Shown: positions 1-9,400 of the stretch, one piece after another | Layout of the letters: every line of letters begins with the position of its first letter | How positions within the stretch are numbered: position 1 is the stretch's first letter | Origin: an uncultured Phycisphaerales bacterium | Lineage (GTDB): Bacteria > Planctomycetota > Phycisphaerae > Tepidisphaerales > Tepidisphaeraceae | Direction: 5' to 3' | Assembly: GCA_963758525.1 (NCBI GenBank) | Contig: CAVWVQ010000003.1 | Span: forward strand, 3,072,001 to 3,136,000 | DNA: 64,000 nt | The notes under the pieces: model-generated | Seen by the model: only the letters and a program-made list of their open reading frames with translations | The model's database searches: none | Told to the model about the DNA's origin: nothing | Program-made: the position numbers and the translations under genes

Positions 1-1620
1 CACAGCCCTCCGACTCGTTGCGCATCCCGGACGTCGCGCATGATCTTCGTAAACAGTGTCTGCTCGTCCCAGCAATAGAGAGAAGATGGGAGCGTGGTCC
101 ACACCACCTCCTGCCAGCCAAGCCGTTCGTAATTCGGGCCATCCGTATGAATCGATCCGGTGTTGCTGAGGATGGTCTGCTTTGCAAGATCGTGAATCTG
201 AACGTAGCGAGCGTCCGAGGCCTCAAATGTACTGACATCGCGGGCCGCGGTGCAGACAAAGAACGCGGTGACGTCGGTGACCACAGGGAGTGTTCCGCCC
301 AGTTCTTTGGTCGTTGCATTTCGAAGCTCGACGTAGCGAAACCCTGTCGAATTGAACTGCAGTCCCCACGTTTCCGGGCCGCCGCCTTTCAAGGTGTATT
401 CTGATTTTTCCGCCCGGCCGCCGTTCACGCGGCCTTTGGCGTTGAGACATTCGCCCGGCTGAATCTCCACCGTCGCGCCGGCGTCTCCATCGACGGTGAT
501 CTGGAATTGCCCGCTCATGTTTTGCCCAAAATCGTATACACAAATGCCGGATGCGGGGTGAGTCACCTTCTGAGCGGCGAAAGTCTGCCGCGCCACGATT
601 GGCGGAGCATTCTGCGACACAAGCACCCCCGGCGCCGGCTCGGCGACTGCCGCGTTGACCCATTTGGCATCATCAAAACCCGGCGATGTCCACCCCAACT
701 GCTCGAGACGGGCGTCGTATTTCTCGGAACCGTGGATCTCCGAGTGAATCAACGGGCTTGCCGCGACCTTCCATGACGGGTCACTGACAATATCCTGGCT
801 CGTGCCATCGTCAAAAATCGCGTGCAACTGGGCACGCAGTCGCATCGGGCCGAAGTTGCGCGTACCTAGACGATCAAGTTTGTCCCCCAGCCATCCGTTG
901 GCGAGCATGACGCCGATGGCATTCGCGCCCTCGCGAACCTGACCCGTCACGTCGAAGGTCACATAATCAATCGTGCGATCGTAATCGGTCCACGCCGGGT
1001 CCATGACATGATTGCCGACCTTCGTGCCGTTAATGAATGATACAAACTGGCCCAGGCCGCTGATGTAAAGGAACGCCTGTTTGACGGGCTTTCTTACTTG
1101 AAACACTTTGCGAAAAATCGATGGAGGACTGGACGCGGTCAGGCTCGATTTCGCTGGGGGGGGTTTGATCCACATGATTCCCGCCGCCCAATCGTCCGCC
1201 GTGAAAAATGAGGTAACGAAACGCTTTGGTGAACTCGGTGGAGATGGCTGATCGTTGCCGTCCCAGATTCTCACTGTCCACCAATAGGAACTGGTTTTCG
1301 CCAGAGGGGTGCCCGCGTACTCGACGCCATACTCGCGTGACGAGGCGACCTTGCCGCTGTCCCACACAATTCCCTTGCCATCGGTCAAGCCGCTCTCGTT
1401 CGACGCCACAACAATCTCATAGGCTGATTGTTTCGCCCCGCGCCGGGTCGGTGCCAATCCACCCGAATCGCGGCTTTCGAGTGTCGATGCCAAGCTGTTC
1501 AAAGTTATCGATAACGCGCGTTTCGCCAGGCGGCGACGGCGCCGCGTTGCAGGGGAGTTTAATGAGACCGATTACCGCGCTAATGAAGAGACCAGCGGTT
1601 GCGATACGATTGCTCTGCAT
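1..1620 (-). CDS. Alpha-L-rhamnosidase (GH78 family), secreted; frameshifted, 3' end beyond window edge
   Basis: Signal peptide, then LGIDTRKPRFGW. Pieces read manually in different frames: GNHVMDPAWTDYDRTIDYVTFDVT, GANAIGVMLANGW, YDFGQNMSGQFQITV, RDVRDAQ. These match GH78 N-terminal architecture. Several frame breaks. Confidence 0.8.
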
Positions 1621-1631
1621 GGTTGGGGCAA

Positions 1632-2123
1632 TCAAGGAAACACCTGTTCCGGCGGCTTGGATGCCGAGGCGTCGGGACATTTCGCGTTCATGAGAGCCTT
1701 GGCGCCGGGGTCGCTCGGATGCACCCATTCAGTCGCGCCCGGTGCCTTCACGAGAAGGCCATCCATCGGACCTGGACCGCCGTCGGCGACAGGCGCCTTC
1801 CCCTCTACCTGCTGCTTGGCCAGATCGGTGTATTTTTCGACATACTGGACCCAACGATTTCGACCGCCGTCGCAGGAAAAGACATACGCGCGCACTGCCG
1901 GTTTTCCGTCGTGGTCGAAGGGCGGCACCAGAGTCATCGCATCTACGAACAGTGTTGCACCGTCATCGCAAGTATAGAACGACTGTGTCTGGACGTGCGG
2001 CAGTTCAGGACGCCCGCCTTGCATCAGAGTTCGTGATGATCCGTATATCGCAACCATAATGGCAATGACGACCACACCTCCGCAAAGATAGGGACGACTA
2101 TTCAATAGGCTGCGGACTTCCAT
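1632..2123 (-). CDS. Conserved hypothetical membrane-anchored protein (single N-terminal TM) downstream of prepilin gene
   Basis: ATG at 2123 after GGAGG; TM GGVVVIAIMVAIYG; globular FYTCDDGATLFVD...PPFDHDGKPAVRAYVFSCDGG. Confidence 0.75.
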   Translation of the reverse strand: MEVRSLLNSRPYLCGGVVVIAIMVAIYGSSRTLMQGGRPELPHVQTQSFYTCDDGATLFVDAMTLVPPFDHDGKPAVRAYVFSCDGGRNRWVQYVEKYTDLAKQQVEGKAPVADGGPGPMDGLLVKAPGATEWVHPSDPGAKALMNAKCPDASASKPPEQVFP

Positions 2124-2181
2124 TTGGCCTCCGGCAGAAACATACCGCGGGCAGGAACTCCTCGAACTCATCGGCAGGGAA

Positions 2182-3477
2182 TCAGGGAGCCCCCATGTTG
2201 TACATATCCATAAACCGGGGGCCGATTGAGCCAATGGTCTGATTGCCGGGGTCGAGGTCCGCGTTGAAGATGGACAACTCGTCAAACATTCCCACCCAGA
2301 CGGCATTCCCGGGAAATTGTCCTACGCAAAAATTCCTGGACGTGGCCGCGGCTTTTTTCGGATAACGGCTCTCAAAGTCGATCCACAGTTTGGTCATGCC
2401 GGTGTTCGCGGCTATCAAAACTCCATTCAAATACGCCTTCATCAGCCCGGCGCGGCTGTCCTTGGTAAACGCCCACATCATCCAGTTCGAATCGGTGCCA
2501 TAGGTGAAGGCGGGATAAATCCCATCGGGCGCAACCGTGGAGTTACCGGTTTCCCATCCGACGACGGCGTTCCCCTGATTAGGACAGGTAATGTCGATGG
2601 CCGGACGCGAGGTGCTTCCTCCAAAGGGACTCCACCAGAGGAACTTGGTCCCGGCAAAGGTCTGGTTCATCTGCGGTGTGATGCAAATCCAGGCAACAAT
2701 GGTGATTGCCTGGGTTTTTTTCAGCATCTTTCCCATCATCGCGGATTGTTTTGGATCGGCGATGAAGAGGGCTGTGTTGCCGCTGCCACTTGGGTTGTAA
2801 GTGCCATCAAAATACAAGGCGGGCTTGCCTCTGAACCGCCCGTCGAAGTGCCACATATTCGTCAGCGCAGCCGTGTTCGTTTCGGGCATGAACCACGTAG
2901 CGCTTTGGGTGTTCATCAGCACGCCATCCAACGCAGAGGCGTTGTAACTGGGAAAATACTGATTCTGCACCGCCATGTTCGTGATCGCGACGCCACCCCG
3001 ATCGTTCTGAAGATTCCAGTGGAGGACGATATCCGGGTCCATCGACAAATCGCGGCTGGAGGCCTGCCAGCGGACGTAGCGCGCCTGCTCGCGGGCCTTG
3101 GAAAGTGCGGGCATCAGCAGACTGATCAGGACCGCGATAATGCCAATGACAACAAGAAGCTCTACGATCGTAAAACCGCGTCGCTGTGATGGACGACGCG
3201 AAGAGGCACCAAGGCACGAAGGCACGAAGGCACAAAGGGGGGGACGGGGGGATCGGGAGTTGGGTCTCTCTGAATGCTCTAGTTTCAACTGTTCCACTGC
3301 TCTACTATCTCGCGCAGCGTGGGGCACGGACGCACGAAGGAAAGAGTGATCGCGTCGGCTCGCCGCAGGCGGCTCGACACGCGTTAAACCTCGGGCGCCG
3401 AAGCGCCGCAAGGCTGAAAGTCGGCGTTGCACATTGCACATTGTCAGATTCCTGACCGCGATGGGATCAGACGACAT
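2182..3477 (-). CDS. Prepilin-type N-terminal cleavage/methylation protein with C-terminal LamG/concanavalin-A-like domain
   Basis: [35 protein letters not shown]; LamG-like MKAYLNG...[25 protein letters not shown] before ATG 3477. Confidence 0.9.
   Translation of the reverse strand: MSSDPIAVRNLTMCNVQRRLSALRRFGARGLTRVEPPAASRRDHSFLRASVPHAARDSRAVEQLKLEHSERPNSRSPRPPLCAFVPSCLGASSRRPSQRRGFTIVELLVVIGIIAVLISLLMPALSKAREQARYVRWQASSRDLSMDPDIVLHWNLQNDRGGVAITNMAVQNQYFPSYNASALDGVLMNTQSATWFMPETNTAALTNMWHFDGRFRGKPALYFDGTYNPSGSGNTALFIADPKQSAMMGKMLKKTQAITIVAWICITPQMNQTFAGTKFLWWSPFGGSTSRPAIDITCPNQGNAVVGWETGNSTVAPDGIYPAFTYGTDSNWMMWAFTKDSRAGLMKAYLNGVLIAANTGMTKLWIDFESRYPKKAAATSRNFCVGQFPGNAVWVGMFDELSIFNADLDPGNQTIGSIGPRFMDMYNMGAP
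3204..3238. repeat. (GAAGGCAC)n octamer array, in frame inside the prepilin leader
   Basis: aggcacc aaggcacg aaggcacg aaggcacaaagg; same unit at 13470, 22646, 52066, 55257. Confidence 0.85.
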
Positions 3478-3520
3478 TGGGTCTCCCTCCGCCTTTCCTG
3501 CTCAACATCCCTGCATCAGC

Positions 3521-5173
3521 TTACCGCGTTTCACCGATTAACTTTGCATCTGTCCAAAGAATCGCGTCAAAAGAGGTTCCATCGCCGCCGTCGGTCACCG
3601 CGAACGTGAGAAATCGCTCGGCGGGATCGAGGGGGACATCAACCGTGAACGGGGCACGCCTGTTGTCGAACTTGCGTTGCTCGAAAACCAGTTTGTCTCC
3701 GAGCAGAACGTAAACATCCGCCAGTGGCCTTATTTTGCCGGCGGCATCGCTATTGCCGACGACGCACTGCAGCCGCTTCAGGAGATAGGTGGGATGCAGT
3801 CGCCGGATTGCGGCCAGGTCGATGGTCAGGCCGCCATTGCTGCTCATGAACAGGATGCTGTGCGGGGGCGCTGCGTAATCGATGCCGCCGAGCACGGTCC
3901 GGACGGGCGGGTACTTCGAGACACCACGAATGGGGCCGCCTGTCCAAATCTGGTTGTAGACCGCGTTCTGTGTGCGTGGGAAGAGATGTCTTTGCCCAAT
4001 CGAATTCACCTCGACAGGGCCTTTGGCGCCATCAGGGATAAAACAGCCGTCAACAACCAGCGATCCGCTCACTCGATGATACTGATAGTCCCCTTTTACA
4101 AACTCGACCGGTTCGAATGTGCCCAGTGCATGCCTGGCGTAATCGATTGCCATCCCGCTCCGGTGGGTCGTGCCATCGCCGCCGGAGATGAGATCGACGA
4201 GGTCCAGCGCCGCGGGCTCGCCGCCCAGTTGCCGGACAAATTTCTGAGGTTGCGCTCCGGCAGGATCGAGTTTCAAATCGATCCCCGTCGCATTGGCGGC
4301 CTGACCTTCAGTCAGCATCAGAGTGGTTGACGAATTCCCGATGCGCGGCTCAACGCGCACACTTCCCTTGAAAACCTGGATCGCGTCCGATCCGTCCTCG
4401 CTCACCTCCACGCCAAATTCGGTACCCAGATCGACCACTCGAGACGACCCCGCTTCGATGGTAAAGCCGTGAGCGGGAGGCGGCACGACAGCAGTCGCCT
4501 TGCCGAAAGTGAGTTCAACGGCATTGGCGGATCGAATCTGAAAGCGCGCCGGCCCCTCCACGATCATCGTCGCGCCACTCTCGTATTTGATCCCCGCAAC
4601 GCCGGAGCGGAGATAGAGCAACTCTGAAGGAATGGCGCCTCCCGGCTTGGGTGCTCCGCCGGAGGTATCCCATTGCGCATCGTAGGATGCTGTCAGCGTC
4701 GCGAAGCGCTGTGGTGAATGGACGAGCCGGTAAATGCCGATCGCCAGCAGCAGCGGAACAATCGCGGCGGCGATCAATTGCCATCGCGGTCGCAGCAGCG
4801 ATCGCATCAGGGAATTCCATCGCGCTGCTTGGGGCGGCGGTAATTGCTCCTCTGCCGGCTCATGTGTTGGTTCGTCCGCTTCTGTTTCTTGGTCGGTGGC
4901 TGGCTCCTCGATTATCGCCGGGAGCACCATCGACTCGCTTTGCAGCAGCGATCTGCGATCCTCTTCGTCCCGCCGAAATGCTTCGGCGCCGTCGAGCATG
5001 TCTCGCAGGTGACTGTGCAGGATTGCGTCGCGCACGAATCTGCGAACGTTGGCCGGGTCCTCCTTGATCCAGGCGTTCACCTGCGCGGCAACCTCCGGTG
5101 ATGGCGAACCATCCAGAACCGCCGAGATGAGATCGTTCCACTGGTCGTTCACTACATAACCTCGCGCGATCAC
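3521..5173 (-). CDS. FecR-family anti-sigma/sensor with C-terminal NPCBM-like carbohydrate-binding domain
   Basis: N-terminal LISAVLDG anti-sigma helix; TM; FecR motif GFTIEAGSSRVVDLGTEFGV; C-terminal RFLTFAVTDGGDGTSFDAILWTDAKL. Confidence 0.88.
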   Translation of the reverse strand: MIARGYVVNDQWNDLISAVLDGSPSPEVAAQVNAWIKEDPANVRRFVRDAILHSHLRDMLDGAEAFRRDEEDRRSLLQSESMVLPAIIEEPATDQETEADEPTHEPAEEQLPPPQAARWNSLMRSLLRPRWQLIAAAIVPLLLAIGIYRLVHSPQRFATLTASYDAQWDTSGGAPKPGGAIPSELLYLRSGVAGIKYESGATMIVEGPARFQIRSANAVELTFGKATAVVPPPAHGFTIEAGSSRVVDLGTEFGVEVSEDGSDAIQVFKGSVRVEPRIGNSSTTLMLTEGQAANATGIDLKLDPAGAQPQKFVRQLGGEPAALDLVDLISGGDGTTHRSGMAIDYARHALGTFEPVEFVKGDYQYHRVSGSLVVDGCFIPDGAKGPVEVNSIGQRHLFPRTQNAVYNQIWTGGPIRGVSKYPPVRTVLGGIDYAAPPHSILFMSSNGGLTIDLAAIRRLHPTYLLKRLQCVVGNSDAAGKIRPLADVYVLLGDKLVFEQRKFDNRRAPFTVDVPLDPAERFLTFAVTDGGDGTSFDAILWTDAKLIGETR

Positions 5174-5249
5174 GCGCTTCCAAAAACCGTTTAGCGGCTG
5201 CCCTCGGGGCAGCGTGCTTCTGGCACGTGTGCGTCATCGCGCACGTTCA

Positions 5250-5774
5250 TCAGATGCTCCTGGAACTGTGAAGCTTCCGCTCGACACAATTCCGCAAGGC
5301 CGCACGGAGCCGGCACATCGCCATCTTTGCCGAGCTGACGCTGGTGCGCAGCGCCTGGGCCACTTTTTCGTAACGCAGGTCGTCGACATACCGCAACTGC
5401 AGAAGTTTCTGAGTCTTCGGCGAGGCCTGTTTCATGCAGGCCTGCAGCGCCTCCAGCAGCGGCCCTGGATCCTCTACCTCCGCGGCAAAAGCTTCGCCGA
5501 TCCGATCGCAACTGTCGTCGTCAAAGAATTGCTGATAGGTGGCCTGTCGCCGGCGGTAGGCGAGCAGCTCATTGCGTGCAATCCCAATCGCCCAACCAGA
5601 AAATGGCCGGGCGGGGTCGTACTCCGAGTACTTTCGCACCACCACCATCGCGATGTCCTGCAGAATGTCGTGCGCGTCGTGGAAGTCATTGGTCATGGAA
5701 CGGACGTAGGCTGCCACCGAAGGCAGGCATGCGGTCCATTGCCGGGCTACTTCTTCCTTGGAATCCAACGCCAA
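5250..5774 (-). CDS. ECF RNA polymerase sigma-70 factor
   Basis: DAHDILQDIAMVV, FSGWAIGIARN, region 4 LRYVDDLRYEKVAQALRTSVSSAKMAMCRLRAAL. Confidence 0.93.
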   Translation of the reverse strand: MALDSKEEVARQWTACLPSVAAYVRSMTNDFHDAHDILQDIAMVVVRKYSEYDPARPFSGWAIGIARNELLAYRRRQATYQQFFDDDSCDRIGEAFAAEVEDPGPLLEALQACMKQASPKTQKLLQLRYVDDLRYEKVAQALRTSVSSAKMAMCRLRAALRNCVERKLHSSRSI

Positions 5775-5993
5775 TCGACGCTCCAGCCGAGATGGGGCGA
5801 GGTTACTCGCCCGCCACTACGCCCCCCTATTTATCTGCGCAAGGTCCAAAAACGTCACGTAATTCCGGATTTCCCAATTCCGAGAGCGGAATTAGCCCGG
5901 ATCATTCAGGAGAACCACGGATTACCCGGCGCTGGCTGCGCCCGCAACCCAAAGCAAAGAAACTGACCGTGGATGAACGCAGGGAATAAGATT

Positions 5994-6185
5994 GAACCGC
6001 TGATAAACGCCGATAAACGCAGATTGATCCAGAGACTTCGGTGATTCATTCAATCTGCGTTCATTCGCGTTCATCTGCGGTTCCCTTTCTTCCGTCTGCG
6101 CGCCCGTCAAAGCCTCGGCATCTGCACCTAAACTACGCTCCCTCCGACACATCCGTGCCATCCGTGTAATCCGTGGTCAATCCGG
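5994..6185. repeat. Nonamer-repeat hairpin (arms 5994-6027 / 6050-6083) plus (ATCCGTGxx)n array
   Basis: gaaccgctgataaacgccgataaacgcagattga versus reverse complement gaaccgcagatgaacgcgaatgaacgcagattga; catccgtgccatccgtgtaatccgtgg at ~6150. Confidence 0.8.
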
Positions 6186-6408
6186 GTTTTGCAGGGATTC
6201 GAATGATTTTTATTGGGCAAGACAAAGGATTCTGAGAATTATGTGACGGTTTGGGCACGCCGCGCAGATATCCCATTGAAAGCCGGAGGTTGAGGAAATC
6301 GGCCCGTCTGGACGGCCGCAGAAGTCAGGTTCAACGGTTGGGGGGACACCCCGTACCAGCCGGGATAGACGCGGCCTGCTTTATGGCGGAGCAACGAGAG
6401 GACAGAAA

Positions 6409-9400
6409 ATGACGAGGAACAATCGCGCACTTTCGACACCTGCCAACCGCAAGTCGGATTCATTACGGACTCGGACTCAATCAGAACTCCGTCGTCGGCG
6501 GCTGACCTGCGCTTGTGCGGCCATTGCTGCTGGGTCGGCGGGCCTGAGCTCGCTTATCGCCCGCGCGGCCAGTAACGACGCCTGGGGCACGGCGCCCTCC
6601 AGCCAAAACTTTAGCGGCACGAATTGGACAACCGGAACGACAACTCCGGGCGCAAACACGGGGAGCGCCGCCAGCGGCGACGCCCTATATTTTGGCAATT
6701 CGACGATTACGACCCTCAACAACGATGACTCGAACTATTCGTTTTCGGGTCTCATTTTCAACGCGGGTGCGGCGGCGGGGTTCACCATCAACGGCAACAG
6801 CTTTACCCTGACTGGTAATGTCACCAATAGCAGCACCAATCTTGAGGCAATCAATGCCCCAATTGCGACGATCGCCGCCCGCACCTTTACGATGACTTCG
6901 GGCGGAGGCAACATCAGCCTCGGCGGCAATATCAGTGGCACGGGCGGCGGGCTGACACTGGCGGGCACCGGGGTGCTGGCCCTCTCCGGTTCCAACTCCT
7001 TTACGGGAGTCGTTAGCATCGGCTCCACTGCCACGCTCCAGTTACAGGCCAATTCCAGCAACACTGCCAGCGGAATTTCCAGCGTGCTGCCCACGCAGAA
7101 TATGCTAATCGCGGCGCTCCCCTCCGGTGCGACCATTCAGTTGCGCGCGGATAGCTCGATTGCCTCCAATGGCGTCGTCGCTTTCGACAGTGGCGCCACC
7201 ACCTTTGGCAATAGCGGGGCCGGTCTCAAACTCACCGGCAACCTGAACTTCGACGTCAATCAGTTGACGACCGGTTCGGTCCCGACAACGTTGCAGTTCG
7301 GCGCAACCAGCGCCGTCTGGCAGGTTGGGACAGGCACGACCACATTTAACGTGACGGGCGGTGCTGGTTATTCTTTGCAAATAGGCTCTCTCAATGTTGG
7401 TAATAATCAGGCTGTCGTTTTCAATCCGACCACCGCCAACATGATCGTCGGAGCAATCGGCAACACGTCAGGAACCATTACCAAAAACGGTGCCGGCACG
7501 CTCACGCTCAACGGCAACAATAGCTACACTGGCAATACCGTAGTCAGCGCAAGCGCAGGCATCCTCATCCTGAGCGGCGCCAACAATAATGGCGCTATCG
7601 CCACGACTACGGTGAACAATGGCGCGACGCTGCAATTGCAGGCCAACAACGGCAATACCTCCAACTTCACCACCGCGTCCACGGCGCTCGGAACGGCCTC
7701 AGGCAAGCTGGCCCTGAACGATGGATCGACGCTGCAACTGCGTTCCGACACCAGTGTGACCTTTAACGGAACCGACAACCTCCCCAGCCTCAACAGCAAG
7801 ACGATCACGATCGATGTGAATAATATCACGGCCGGTACCACCAACGGTGTCAGCAACTTAGGAACCCCCCAAGGCCGGACCCTGAGCCTGGCCACCGCCA
7901 CAACCGGCCTCGGCTCGACCGGCCAATTCAACATCACTGGCGGCGACGGCTACACCCTGGCCTTCGGCCCGCTTGCCGCTGCCAATGGAACCGGCCAAAC
8001 CTGGACCTTCAATCCGACCAGCGCGTCGGCCACCATCGCCAGCTACACCAGTAATGTGTCGGTGGCTTCCAATACACTCGCGCTTGCCGGCACCTCGACG
8101 GGCAACGCTGTCCTGGGCGCGATCACCAATGGCTCGGCAACAGCCATTGCCGTGACCAAATCCGGTACCAGTACATGGACCCTCGGCGGAACGAACACCT
8201 ATACCGGCGCTACGACCGTCAACGGCGGCACGCTGAACATCACCGGCTCGACCGGCTCGGGATCGGCGGTCGCGGTCAACGGCGGCGGTACTCTCAGCGG
8301 TACCGGCACGGTCGGCGGCGCGGTGACGGTCGCCGGCGGCACTTCATCGTCCACGTACGGCACGATCAGCGTGGGACAAGGCCCCTTGACCTTAAGCAGC
8401 CTCACCCTGGGTGGAAGCACCAACAGCTCGAACAGCAATTTCTCCCAATTGAACCTTGCGACAGCGACCGGCAATACCTCGGCAGCCGAAATCGCTGTCA
8501 CCGGCGCTCTCACCACAAACAACGCGGGCGCCACCATTACCATCAATCCTGCGGGCATCGCTGGCGGCCAAACCTACGAACTGGTAAGCTTCAGCGGCAG
8601 CGGGACTTACGACGGCTCGGCTTTCGCCACGGGAAGCGGCCAGTCGTCGATCGACGGGTTCACCCTCAGTACTTCCAACCCGAGCTTTGGCGTCAGCGAC
8701 TCGCTGACGGTAACCGCCGCCAGCAACGGCCTCCTCGAACTGGTCACGACCGGCCAAACCTATGCGAACCTCTGGTGGTATGGCAACCTGGGCACGGCAT
8801 GGAACGCCAACAACGGATCGATCGGCAACTTCACCCAGGATGCGGCGGGAACCACGCCCGCCCAGGCCCTTCCCAGCAGCGGCACCACGGTCAACTTCTC
8901 GGCCACCGGCGCGAATAACACGGGCCCCATCACCCTGGGCCAGGCCTTCACCATCGCGGGCCTCAATTTCCTCGCCGCGGACACCAATTCAGCCGCCTTC
9001 CCCGCGATCAACATCACCGATTCCAGCAACAGCCTGACGATCGGGACCAGCACCGGCATCACCGACGCCAATAATGCCGGAGTGACGTTGTCCGTGCAGA
9101 ACTTGATTCCCAGCGTGTCCCAAACCTGGACCAACAGCTCCGGGGCCCTCTTCACCATCGGCAACGTCGCGGGACCTGGAACAGCAGGAACCACGACATT
9201 AACTCTCACCAACAGCAGCAGCGGCGGGACGACCATTAGCGGCGTGATCGGCAACGGCACGCCTTCCGGCGCCTTGGCCCTCATCGTCAAGAATACCGGC
9301 GCGGGCGTGACCACCCTCTCCAATACGAATAATACCTACAGCGGCGGCACCACCCTGAACGGAGGCACTTTGACTTCCGCGGTGACCGGCGGCTTCGGGA

